Notes under the pieces: model-generated | Told to the model about the DNA's origin: nothing | Seen by the model: only the letters and a program-made list of their open reading frames with translations | The model's database searches: none | NCBI GenBank assembly: GCA_963751275.1 | Contig: CAVVTZ010000014.1 | Coordinates: 69,940-133,939 of the forward strand | Source: an uncultured Gemmatimonadaceae bacterium | GTDB taxonomy: Bacteria; Gemmatimonadota; Gemmatimonadetes; Gemmatimonadales; Gemmatimonadaceae | DNA: 64,000 bases | Reading direction: 5' to 3' | Shown: piece after piece, positions 30,718-41,222 of the stretch | How positions within the stretch are numbered: the first letter of the stretch is position 1 | How the letters are laid out: each line of letters begins with the position of its first letter | Program-made: the position numbers and the translations under genes

Positions 30718-31608
30718 TTATTTCCGCTTGTACAGCACGGTCGCGATCACGATGGTGTTGTCCTTCGGCAGCTGCGCGACGAATGTGTCGTAGTGCTGTG
30801 CGTTCCCGATCTTGACGAACACGGAGTCGCCGTTGATCACGTAGTGTCCGAAGTTCGCCGGATCCGCCATCTGCGCGCCGGACCAGTTGAAGCGCGCGGG
30901 GTCGTTGCCGGGCACATCCAGCGCGTCATAATGCCGGTAGACGCGGCCATCCGCGGAGAAGAGATAGAAGAGCAGCGCGGTCTTGTAGTAACCGTAGCCC
31001 GCGCCGAGTTGCAGGTTCGTCATGTACTTCTGCGCGATCCCCTGGTAGAGTCCCGCGAGCGCCTTGCCGGCGGCGCCGGCGGGCGCGGTGTAGTCGGGCT
31101 GCGTGCCGGAGCCGATCCGCACGCTGCCGAAGAACGCGTTGAGCTGTGGCAGCATCATCTGCCACCCCTGCGCGGTGGCCGCCTCCGCATCGACGATCGC
31201 CACCTGGTCGCCTTTGACGATTACGACGCGCACGTGCGGCTTTCCGGGCGGCCCCACCACGATGTCCTCGAATTGCGCGCGCAGCAGATAGTCGGCGCCG
31301 GCGATCGAGCCCGAGTCGAGCTTCACGTTCGTCGCGCGCGTCTCCTGGAAACGCGGATCGATCAGCTCGCGCAGCAGCGTGCGCTGGAAGGCCGGACGCG
31401 GATCGCCGGTGAACTTCTGGAACGGATAGACCTGGATCCCGACGTTCACGTTATTCCCGGTGAAGTCCGCGGGCGGATAGATGGCGCTCCGGTAGAATCC
31501 GGGCGGATCGGTGAACGTGATCTCGGCCACCGACACCATCTGCGCGAGCGCGCGCTGCGCCGCGACGAGCATGAGGACGGACGAGAGGATCCGCATCGGC
31601 GAACGCAT
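30718..31608 (-). CDS. Hypothetical exported protein
   Basis: Signal peptide, GC3-rich codon usage, GGAGG RBS. Confidence 0.7.
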   Translation of the reverse strand: MRSPMRILSSVLMLVAAQRALAQMVSVAEITFTDPPGFYRSAIYPPADFTGNNVNVGIQVYPFQKFTGDPRPAFQRTLLRELIDPRFQETRATNVKLDSGSIAGADYLLRAQFEDIVVGPPGKPHVRVVIVKGDQVAIVDAEAATAQGWQMMLPQLNAFFGSVRIGSGTQPDYTAPAGAAGKALAGLYQGIAQKYMTNLQLGAGYGYYKTALLFYLFSADGRVYRHYDALDVPGNDPARFNWSGAQMADPANFGHYVINGDSVFVKIGNAQHYDTFVAQLPKDNTIVIATVLYKRK

Positions 31609-31897
31609 GGCAGCAACCTCCGGGGCTGAGGGGTCAGCTCGCGCGATATTGCCCGGCTACCGGCATCCGCCACGAAATACCTCAACCCGGGTCGCGCGTC
31701 CAGAGGGCAGCCGGGGGGTTGCAACGCTGGCGGCAAACCGGTGTACCTTACAATGGGCGCGGGAACCCGGAGCAGATCCGTGCGTCTCGCCGCCGCCCTC
31801 GCCATCCATTTCCCGATGGGAACCCTGCACGCCGTGCGACGCCGGAACCGGCGGAGTGCGGCGCGGTTCCCGTTTCCATTCATAAGGAGGACATCCC

Positions 31898-32354
31898 ATG
31901 CAGATCCCAACGCTGGGCATCGTGACCGCCGCCGCATTGTTCGCGCTGGTCCCGATCGCGGCGAGGCAGCACGCCGAGTACACCGCGCACATGAACGCCA
32001 GCCAGGAAACGCCGCCGAACATGTCGCACGCGTCCGGCACCGTCACGCTCACCGTGTCCGGAAGCGAGCTGCACTACATGGTCACCGTCGGCGGCTTGAG
32101 CGGCCCCGCGACGGCGGCGCACATCCATGTCGGCGCGCCCGAACGTGGCCGGCCCGCCGGTGCTCACCTTCACGGTCAAGCCGGTGGCCGACGGCATGGT
32201 GGCTGACGACTCCGTGGACCTCATGAAGGAAGTGAGCAAGGGCGTGTCGGGCGATTCGTTGCGCACGCTGATGGCCAATGGGAACGCCTATGTGAACGTG
32301 CACACGGCGAAGTATCCCGGCGGCGAGATCCGCGGGCAGGTCGTGAAGCCGTAG
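31898..32354 (+). CDS. CHRD domain protein (frameshifted)
   Basis: SQETPP...TAAHIH...YVNVHTAKYPGGEIRGQ; AAGGAGG RBS. Confidence 0.9.
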
Positions 32355-32443
32355 CTCGATGCCTCATCTCGCCGCGCGAGAGGCAACGTTCGCGCGGCGA
32401 GGGCACGACCCCACCCAACACATTCCAATCGGGAGACCGGTCC

Positions 32444-32614
32444 ATGTCCTTCTCACTGTATCTCATCGGCTTCGTCATTGTCATCGGAGGCGTGGCGTGG
32501 GGGATGATCGCCGCCGGCGTTCCGAAATTGTACGTCATGATCGCGTGCGTGATTCTGCTGGGGCTGGGCATCGTCACTGGGGTCAGCCGCACGCGGACGA
32601 AGGATCCGTCGTAG
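32444..32614 (+). CDS. Small two-TM membrane protein (56 aa)
   Basis: MSFSLYLIGFVIVIGG...GIVTGVSRTRTKDPS; GGAG RBS. Confidence 0.7.
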   Translation: MSFSLYLIGFVIVIGGVAWGMIAAGVPKLYVMIACVILLGLGIVTGVSRTRTKDPS

Positions 32615-32634
32615 GTCGAGGACCTGATGTGGCG

Positions 32635-32728
32635 ACTGCTTTGACATGATGGACATGATGAACAGGATGTGAACTGCATCGAGATGCGGTTCACATCATG
32701 TTCATCATGTCCATCATGTCAAAGCAGT
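32635..32728. repeat. 94-bp inverted repeat, 9-bp periodic family
   Basis: ACTGCTTTGACATGATGGACATGATGAAC...GTCAAAGCAGT; same termini as 11328 element. Confidence 0.92.
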
Positions 32729-32733
32729 TCGTA

Positions 32734-33585
32734 CTAGTAGAACCCCTTCACCTTCCCCTGCCCCGCCGCCCACAGCGCCAGGATCGTGCTGATCCCCGCG
32801 ATCGCGCGCTTCTCATCCATCGTGCGGATCACCAGCCCGTACGTGTCCGCCACGAAGTTCATGTTCCTCAGCACACGCTCGGCCGCAGGCCGCTTGATCG
32901 CGCCGTGCCAGAGCACCGCCTGGTCCACGATCGTCGCCCCGTAGCGACGCAGGAACTCGCGCATCGACACCACGCGTGAACTCAGGGCCGTTCGCGGGCG
33001 GCAGATCAGGAGCAGGTCGGCGAGGTAGTCGTCCCAGTGCGCCGCCAGGCGCCGGTGCTCGGGCTTCCGCAGATAGCGCGCGCGCGCCAGCGAGAAGCGC
33101 GCCCGCGCGCTCACCCGGTCGCGCGGCACCACCGGGAACAAGTCGAAGATCGTGTCATCGAGGCCGCGATCTTGGCCGCCACGTTCGTGGTACGCCCACG
33201 CGCGGCGCAGTTGCCCCCAAGTGTAGATCGTGAGCACCGCCGACTTCTCGCTGTCGAGCACGATGAACTTGCCCGCCTCGGCCTTGACCACCGTCACCCA
33301 GTGCTCCCATTCCTTCACGCAGATCAGACAGGGATGGCCGCGCCGCAGGTGACGCAGCATCTCCTGCCGCGCCAATTCAGGTTCGTGCCGTCGGATCGGC
33401 GTCAGGTCGCAGCGGAACCGCCGCGCCGCTTTGCGCAGCTGGCGTTCATCCGTCCCCCCTCCCCGCCTCGTGCCGGCGATCTCGGTGATGGTCTTCTCCG
33501 GTGCGAAGATCCCGAGCGTCACGAGCGCGTGCTTGAGCGCGAAGGGTCCGCACTGCCAACGGTTCGGTTGTGGGTACAGACCCAT
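32734..33585 (-). CDS. C39-like cysteine peptidase domain protein
   Basis: Q....QCGP, EHWV, LDS papain-like triad spacing. Confidence 0.75.
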   Translation of the reverse strand: MGLYPQPNRWQCGPFALKHALVTLGIFAPEKTITEIAGTRRGGGTDERQLRKAARRFRCDLTPIRRHEPELARQEMLRHLRRGHPCLICVKEWEHWVTVVKAEAGKFIVLDSEKSAVLTIYTWGQLRRAWAYHERGGQDRGLDDTIFDLFPVVPRDRVSARARFSLARARYLRKPEHRRLAAHWDDYLADLLLICRPRTALSSRVVSMREFLRRYGATIVDQAVLWHGAIKRPAAERVLRNMNFVADTYGLVIRTMDEKRAIAGISTILALWAAGQGKVKGFY

Positions 33586-33673
33586 TCGGCGACCGGCGAG
33601 AGGGAGCGAAAAGCCCGAGCAGCGAACATATTCGGGGGGAGCGGGCCGGGCAACTTTTGCGAAAGGCGTTCAG

Positions 33674-34747
33674 ATGAGACCCAGCGTCGCCATCGTGTTC
33701 AATCAAGTGGGCGTGGACGAGTACGCCGAGATCAACAAGGTGGATCCGGCCACGCTGGATTTCACTCCGACGTATCCGCTCAAGATCGCGACGGTGATGG
33801 AAGAATACCGCGCGGTGCGGAAGGCGCTGAACGGCGCGGGATGCAAGGCCGAGCTGTTCAATATGGCTGACGACGTGGACAAGCTGGTCGCGTGGCTGCG
33901 TGAACACAAACCCGATGTCGTGTTCAATCTCGTGGAGGCGGTGCGGGACGATTCGGGAATGGAGGTCGCGATCGCCGGGCTCTACGATCTGCTCCAGATC
34001 CCGTACACCGGCGCGCCGCCATTGGCGCTCGGCCTCTGCCAGCGCAAAGGGACGACCAAGCAGCTGCTGCTCGCGAATGGCGTGCGGACGCCGCGCTTCC
34101 ACCAACTATTCGGACCGAATCTCAAGCGGCGCCACGGGCTGCACTTCCCGATGATTGTGAAGCCCGCGCGCGAGGATGCGAGCGTGGGCGTGGACGCGGA
34201 TTCCGTGGTGCACGACCAGGAGAAGCTGCACCAACGGATCGCGTTCACGTGCGAGAAGTTCGGGCCGGCCGTGCTGGTGGAGGAATTCATCGAGGGGCGC
34301 GAGCTGCACGTGGCCGTGCTGGGCAACGACCCGCCGGTGGCGCTGCCGATCCTCGAGTATGAGATGTCGGACCTGCCGGGCGACATGCCGCACATCATCA
34401 CGTACGCGGGCAAATGGGATCCGCTCAAGGAGGAGTACCACCGCCTGCGCACCATCTGCCCCGCGAAGCTGAGCCGCGCGGTGGAGCGGCGCGTGAAGGA
34501 GGCGGCGCTCGCCGCGTACCAGCTCACCCAGTGCCGCGATTACGCCCGCGTGGACGTGCGGCTCTCGAAGGACTCGAAGCCGTACGTGCTGGAGGTGAAT
34601 CCGAATCCGGATCTCACGGAGAACGATTCGTACATGGAATCCGCGGCGGCGGCGGGGATGACGTTCGGTGACGCGCTGCGGAAGATCGTGGACATGGCGC
34701 TGGAGCGACGGCCGATGACAGCCAGCGTTGTTTCGGACAAGAGCTGA
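33674..34747 (+). CDS. D-Ala-D-Ala ligase-like ATP-grasp protein
   Basis: IPYTG, VKPAREDAS, EEFIEGRE, YARVD, LEVNPNP. Confidence 0.88.
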   Translation: MRPSVAIVFNQVGVDEYAEINKVDPATLDFTPTYPLKIATVMEEYRAVRKALNGAGCKAELFNMADDVDKLVAWLREHKPDVVFNLVEAVRDDSGMEVAIAGLYDLLQIPYTGAPPLALGLCQRKGTTKQLLLANGVRTPRFHQLFGPNLKRRHGLHFPMIVKPAREDASVGVDADSVVHDQEKLHQRIAFTCEKFGPAVLVEEFIEGRELHVAVLGNDPPVALPILEYEMSDLPGDMPHIITYAGKWDPLKEEYHRLRTICPAKLSRAVERRVKEAALAAYQLTQCRDYARVDVRLSKDSKPYVLEVNPNPDLTENDSYMESAAAAGMTFGDALRKIVDMALERRPMTASVVSDKS

Positions 34748-34842
34748 TCCTGTTGATCCTGCAAATCCTGTGATCCTTACGCGCGACCAAGCACGACCAA
34801 CTGCATTGGACAGGATTACAGGATTATCAGGATCAACAGGAT
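34747..34842. repeat. Inverted repeat, 9-bp periodic family, reversed arm order
   Basis: ATCCTGTTGATCCTG... / ...CAGGATCAACAGGAT, 28/31. Confidence 0.88.
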
Positions 34843-35684
34843 GACAGCTCGCGGCGTCGACGCGGAGTGGCACCTGCGGTCATTGACGCGGCTCGCTGAA
34901 TCATCTCGTAGTTCAACGTGAACGGAGACTCTGTTCGTGCCCGACGGCCGTAGCGCCGTCGCCACGCAGGCTCTGCAGCGCCGGTGCCTGACCCGGGAAT
35001 GACGACCTAGGATTCCTTACCACGCCGATCTCGAATACGCCCGTCCGCTGGAGCACGAAGCTGCCCGCTTCGGCGGGCTCGGCGATCCGCTCGAGGTCTT
35101 CGTATCGAACGCGCCGAGCGTCTGCGCGGTACTCTCGGTACTCGGCGTTCCGTCGCTCTCGATGTCCCGTGAACGTCTTCGCGACGGCGACGTGCGTCAG
35201 TTGGGGAGGTCCTCTCCTCGGCTTGGCTTCCTTCCGGGCATCTGAGCGCGGCGGATCGTGCGAGGCTGCGACGCCCCTTGTCGACTCTCCGCTGAACAGT
35301 CGGCGAAAATGAACACTACGGTCTTCTTGTCGACGCCGACGCGACTCCGGCTCGGCGCAACCGCTCGAGCTCGCCTGAGCGCGCGGAGTCTCTCGCGTTC
35401 GATTCGAGCTTCGCCACGTACCCTTGATCGTCGACTGGCCGAAGCCCTTGTACCGCGGACGCATGACTTCTTCTCGAACGGGCCATCGGTGTTCGAGGAG
35501 ACTTCTTCACGCTGTTCGGAGATTCGGCACTGGATGTTCGATCCGCCGAGTGACATCGGTTCCCGCTCCTGGGGTAGCAGCGATGGCAACGTGGCTGTTC
35601 GCCGATCGAACTCATACACTAGCACGGACGTCCTGGGCGCCGCACCAGGGTCCTCATCGAGCTCACCCTGACTCATAATCGCGC

Positions 35685-36876
35685 ATGCAGACGATGACTG
35701 CTTCTCTCGCGGCCCTTGTGGTGATCGCAACTCACGGCCGCCGCATCCGCGGACGACAAGAGTTCCTTCATCACCACGCTCGGCCGCGATACGGTCGTCG
35801 TCGAGAGCGTCGTGCGCGCGAACGGCCGCGTCACCGGCGACATCGTCGTGCGCGTCCCCAGCACGGTGCGGCTCCGTTACGACGTGTCACTCAAGGCCGA
35901 TGGATCGATCGCGCGCGCTACGCTCGACCAGGACCCGATGGGCGCGAAGGACATTCCGAAGAAGCATGTCGTGATCGAGTTCGGGGCCGATTCTGTCCGC
36001 GTCACCATCGACTCGGATGGGCGAACGACGAAGACCGCGCGCGCGATGGAAGCCGGCATCGCGCCCACGCTCATGACTGGCTTCGGCGCATCGTACGGAC
36101 TCTATAGCTCGATGGGATTGTACGAACTCTTCCTCTCGCGCACCAAATCCGTGGTGAATGACACACTCACCTTCCCCGGGATCGATCTCGTCACCGGTCA
36201 CGTCCTCCGGCGCACCGTCCTCGCGCACTCGGCCACCGCGATCGACGTCGATTATTTCGGCGTGCTATGGACGCATCTCACGGTGGACGCGAGCGGCCGG
36301 ATCGCCGCCGCTGACGCGCGCGGCACCACCGAGAAGACGCTCACCCAACGCATCGCCTACGTGGACGCCGCGCCGATCGCGAAGTCCTGGGCCGCCGCGG
36401 ATCGCGCCGGCTCGGGGCTCGGCATGGCCTCCCCGAACGTGACCGCGACGGGCACGATCGGCGGCGACACGCTGACCGTCACCTACGGCAGCCCGCGCCG
36501 TCGCGGCCGCGCGATCCTCGGCAACGTCATCGTCTACGACCGCGTCTGGCGCACCGGCGCGAACGCGGCCACGGTGATCACCTTCGACAAGCCGATGACG
36601 ATCGGCGACTCGACGCTGCCCGCCGGCGCGTACAGCCTCTATTCGATCCCGCAGGCCGACCGCACGGTGCAGCTGATCATCAACGCACAGCACGGACAAT
36701 GGGGCACCGACTACGACCCAACGAAGAACATCGCGCTCGTGCCGATGCAGACGAGCACCGCGCCGGCGCCGCTGGAGGATTTCACGATCACGATCGAGGG
36801 TTCGGGGAACCGCGGCGAACTGCGCATGAGCTGGGACACGTTCGTATGGAGCGTGCCGATCGCGGTCAAGCCATGA
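35685..36876 (+). CDS. DUF2911 domain protein (5' frameshift)
   Basis: YGSP..RGR...VWRTGANAAT...QWGT. Confidence 0.85.
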
Positions 36877-36916
36877 ACTCCAACCAACGCGTCTAGCTGC
36901 TAGTACCGCTGTAACC

Positions 36917-37040
36917 GCGCGTCTGGCAACTGAGCGTATGGTAGGCCTCGGCGTGGCTGGGACCGCGCGTACGGTCCAAGTGCGCCGTTCGCCGTCCTAG
37001 CCACGCCGAGGCCTACCATACGCTCGGTTGCCAGACGCGC
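36917..37040. repeat. 124-bp REP-like inverted repeat between convergent genes
   Basis: 47-bp arms, 45/47, contains GTAGGCCTCGGCG. Confidence 0.9.
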
Positions 37041-37082
37041 TTCTCGAGCCGTACTTGCCTCCACAAGCGCGCGTCGAGTTAC

Positions 37083-38019
37083 TCACTCCTTCGGCACCTC
37101 CACCGGCGTCTTCCACGACTCGCACCTGCAGCCGGAACTGCTCGGCGATCGCGGTCACATCCACCTCGGCTGCCGCCGTGCTGTCGGTCACGGTCGTCTG
37201 GAGCCGCTCCACGTTCTTCACCGCCTTCACATACGTGGAGTCGTTCTCCACCGCCAGCTGGTACCGGTGCAGCGCGGCCACCGGATGCCCCGCTTTCTCG
37301 AGCGCCATGCCAAGATTGTTCTGGAACACCGGCGATGTGGGCCGCAGCTGCACCGCACGAGCCAGCGGGCCCAGCGCACTGTCGAACTCATCGCGCTCGA
37401 ACAGCAGCATGCCGTAGTTGCTCAGCCCCCACGCATCGGTCCCATTGTTCGTGAGCAGCTCGCGGTACGTCGCGATCCCGCCATCGATGTCGCCGCTCGC
37501 GATCTTCGCGCGGGCGGTGAGGCGCAATCCGTCCGGCGACGTGGAATCGATCTCGCGCCCCTTCGCGATCATCTCCAGCGCCTCGGGCGCGCGCTTGAGA
37601 TCCAGGAGCACCCGCGCCTCGTTGAAATACGCCTTCGCGAACTTCGGGTCGAGCTCGATCGACTTGTCGAACGCGTCCTTCGCGCCCGTGAAGTCGCCGG
37701 CCTTCCAGCTCGACAGGCCGAGCATGTACTGGCCGAACGCGTCGCTCGGCGCGGAATCGACCACGGTCTTGTACATCTCCGCGGCGACTTTGAAATCGCC
37801 GGCCTTGTACGCCCCTTCGGCGCTCTCGAAGGCGGGCGCCGGCGCGGACACGACGACCGGCGTCGCGACCGGCGGCGCCACGGGGGTGGAACCGTGCGCC
37901 TCGGTGGTGGTGACCGTCGGCTTCGGCTTGTCGCCGCCGCAGGCGAGCGCTGCGAGCGCCAGAACGAGTGCGACGGGGCGGGCCATGCGGCCCATGGGGG
38001 TGGTGATGGTGCGGGTCAT
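37083..38019 (-). CDS. TPR repeat lipoprotein (3' frameshift)
   Basis: LALAC lipobox; repeated TPR motifs. Confidence 0.85.
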
Positions 38020-38069
38020 ACGAACCTCCTCGTGGGGGCGGGAATCATTTCCCGTCGCCACATAGGAGA

Positions 38070-38085
38070 AGCACGCGGCGCGCCA
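38070..38085 (-). promoter_or_regulatory. Sigma54 -24/-12 promoter
   Basis: Minus strand TGGCGCGCCGCGTGCT (GG-N10-GC) about 50 bp upstream of TPR gene. Confidence 0.7.
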
Positions 38086-38173
38086 CGGTTCGCGCTGAGT
38101 CGCTCAAGTGAGCGAAGCGGCTGCCGACGATTCGAGTTGCGTGAATCTCCGAGCGGCGCGCACGGAGATAGCT

Positions 38174-38224
38174 GTGTTCGGGCGGACACGAACCCACCTT
38201 CTAGCGCCGTGTCCGCGCGGACAC
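38174..38224. promoter_or_regulatory. Two palindromic upstream activator sequence candidates
   Basis: GTGTTCGGGCGGACAC (38174-38189) and GTGTCCGCGCGGACAC (38209-38224). Confidence 0.6.
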
Positions 38225-38233
38225 GCGGCGCGC

Positions 38234-39586
38234 TCACTCGCGCTGGATGCCGAGCCTCCGCATGATCTTGAGCAGGCTCGCGTGGTCCGCGAGATCGAGC
38301 CACTCCGCCGTGCGCGTGATCTGCCAATCGTGCTTCTCGAGCGCCGCGATCACGATGCGCCGCTCGGCATTCATGCGCTGCACCTGGAAGGACGCGACGT
38401 CCGCCGCGATCACGGCGCCGCCCTCACCCCCCACGGTCACGGGAAGATCCGCCGCGCGGATCACTTCGCCCTCGGCATTCACCACGGCGCGCTCGATCGC
38501 GTTCCGCAGCTCGCGCACGTTGTTCCGGCGCCAGTCGTACGACACGAGCGCCTCGCGCGCCTCGGGCGCGAGCTGCTTCGGCAGAATGCCGAACTCGCGG
38601 CAGGCGACCTCCACGAAGCGCTGGGCCAGCAGCGGAATGTCCTCGCGTCGCTCGCGCAGGGGCGGCGTATGGATCACGTGCACGTTCAGGCGGTACAGCA
38701 AGTCTTCGCGGAACTCGTGCTCCTTCACCATGTGATCGAGGTCGCGATTGGTGGCCGCCACCACGCGCGCGCTCACCTTGATCGCGCTGTTGCTGCCGAC
38801 GCGCGTCACCATGTGCTCCTCCAGCACGCGGAGCAGCTTGGGCTGCATCGCGAGCGGCAGCTCGCCGATCTCGTCCAGGAAGAGCGTGCCGTCGCCGGCG
38901 GATTCGAACGCGCCCTTGCGCGTTCCGCTCGCCCCGGTGAAGGCGCCGCGTTCGTGACCGAACAGCTCGGCCTCCACGAGATTCTCCGGCAGCGCCGCGC
39001 AGTTGAGCGCGATGAAGGGCGACGCCGGGCGCGCGCCGCGGCGGTGCAGTTCGCGTGCGACGAGTTCCTTGCCCGTTCCGCTTTCGCCGGTGATGAGCAC
39101 GGCGCTGGGCACCGGGGCCACTTTGCCGATCTCGTCGTTCAGCTTCGCGATGGCCGCGCTCCGGCCCACCAATGCGGAGTTGCCGAGTTCCGCCTGCAGG
39201 GCGAACACTTCGCGGCGCAGCCGGTGGCGCTCGATCGCGTGCTCCACTTCCTGCGCCACGCGCTCCATTGGCTCGGCTTTGTCGATGAACCCGGCGGCGC
39301 CGAGCTTCACGGCCGCGATGCATCGCTCGAAATCGCCCGTGCCCGTGTAGACGATCACCGGCGTCTCGTCGCCGCGATGACGGAGCTGGCGGAGCACCGC
39401 GAAGCCGTCCATTCCCGGCATCTCGAGGTCGAGGATCACGCAGTCGAATCCGCCCGCTTCGAGCAACGCGAGCGCGCGCGTGCCGTCGTTGGCGGTCACG
39501 ACCTCGTGCGCGCCGATCCGCTTGAGATCGTACGCGTACTGTTCGGCGAGCGCCGCCACGTCGTCCACCACGAGGATCCGGCTCAT
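38234..39586 (-). CDS. Sigma54-dependent response regulator (NtrC family)
   Basis: Receiver domain, [21 protein letters not shown]-terminal HTH. Confidence 0.96.
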   Translation of the reverse strand: MSRILVVDDVAALAEQYAYDLKRIGAHEVVTANDGTRALALLEAGGFDCVILDLEMPGMDGFAVLRQLRHRGDETPVIVYTGTGDFERCIAAVKLGAAGFIDKAEPMERVAQEVEHAIERHRLRREVFALQAELGNSALVGRSAAIAKLNDEIGKVAPVPSAVLITGESGTGKELVARELHRRGARPASPFIALNCAALPENLVEAELFGHERGAFTGASGTRKGAFESAGDGTLFLDEIGELPLAMQPKLLRVLEEHMVTRVGSNSAIKVSARVVAATNRDLDHMVKEHEFREDLLYRLNVHVIHTPPLRERREDIPLLAQRFVEVACREFGILPKQLAPEAREALVSYDWRRNNVRELRNAIERAVVNAEGEVIRAADLPVTVGGEGGAVIAADVASFQVQRMNAERRIVIAALEKHDWQITRTAEWLDLADHASLLKIMRRLGIQRE

Positions 39587-39598
39587 AAGGAGAGCAAT

Positions 39599-41222
39599 CT
39601 AGCTCGGGATCTCGATCGTGAACGTGGTCCCCTGCCCCGGCGCCGTGTCCACTTTCATCGACCCGCCGACATCGGTGAGCAGCCGCCGTACCACCGAGAG
39701 GCCGAGCCCCGTGCCGGCCGGTTTCGTGGTGTGGAAGTCGTCGAAGGCGAGACTCAGTTCTTCGCGCGTCATCCCGCGGCCGGTGTCGGCCACGGTGAAG
39801 CGCACGCGCCGATCCGCGCCGTCGCCCACCGCCGCGGCGCCGATCGTGACCGTGCCCGGTTTTCCCTCGAGCGCCTCCACGGCGTTGGACACCACGTTGT
39901 CGAGAATGCGTTGCAACACCACCGCGTCGGCGCGGACGGGCGGCAGCTCGTCGGGCAATTGCACCGATCACTGTCGCGGCGGTCACGCCACGCGCGACCT
40001 CGAGGATCACCGGGCGCGGATCCGTGGGACCGCGAGTCAGCGTAGGCGAGAGCCGCGCGTAATTGCGCGCGAGCGCGTCGAGATATTCCACGCTCGACTC
40101 GAGCGTTCCGTGCCGCTCGGCGAACACGCTCGCGAGCGCGCCGGGATCGCGCTCCGCCGTTTGCGCCAGGTGACGGAGCACATTCCGGATGGGCGCGAGC
40201 CCGTTCTTGATGTCGTGATTCACCTGCCGCGCGAGATCGCCGGTGGCGGCGGCGCGCTCCGCCTCGCGCAGCCGCGCGACGCTCGTGCGGAGGCGGCTCG
40301 CGAGCGCGTCGAGCGTCTTCTCCAGCGCGCCAAGTTCGTCGTCGCGGCCGGAGGCGAAACGCTGGTCGAGCCGGTCGAGGTCGAGCCGCGCGGTGCGCTC
40401 CGAGAGCGCGACGATCGGCTGCGAGATCAGCCGGCCGAGGAGCGCGGCGATCGTGATCGCGGCGAGCAGCGTGAGCCCGAGCGTGAGGAGCAGCCAGCGC
40501 GTGACGCCCGCTTCGAGCGCGCGCGTCGGGCCGGTGTCCGGAACCAGGACGATGCGCGCACTATCCGCGTCGGCGGTGGACGTTTCATCCACATAGGGAA
40601 GTGTGACCGCCGTGATCGCGCCCTCGGGGACGGGCGCACTCCCGGTGACGAGCAGTGCCGCGACGGCCGGTTCCGCGGAGAGCGCGGCAACGCGCGCGGA
40701 GTCGAAACTCGCGCCGCCGGTCACCGTGTATCGCGCGCCGCGCACGGTGAACGTGGCCGTCGTCACGAGCGCGCGCACCGTCGCGCTGGGCGAACGCGCG
40801 TCGAGCACCGCCCCGCGCGGGACCGTGGGCGCGACGCGATCGTAGTCGTTGCGGAACTGCCCCGAGCTGAGGATCCGTCCGCTCGAGTCCTGCACCTGCA
40901 GCACGGCGAAGCCCGTGAGCCGCATCGCTGCGGGCGCCCAATCGAGGAGCCACCGGCGCTCGGCGGAGTTCGAGTCGGCCAGCGCGAGGCGGAAGCGGTT
41001 ATCGCCGGCGAGGTCCGAGGCGAGCGACTCGAGGCGATGTTGCTCGGCGTCGAGCGACGCGTTGAGATGATCGCGCAGCGCGGCGCTGCCAGCGTTCACA
41101 CGGCGCGTCGCATCGGCGTCGAACTGCGCCGTCATCTCGCGGCGAATGCCGTAGCCGAGGATGAGGAGCGGGACCGTCGCGATCGCGAGGAGCGCCAGCG
41201 TAAGGCGAGCGCGAAAGCTCAT
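39599..41222 (-). CDS. HAMP sensor histidine kinase (frameshift near 39965)
   Basis: Two TM, HAMP, HDIKN H-box, N/G boxes. Confidence 0.92.
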
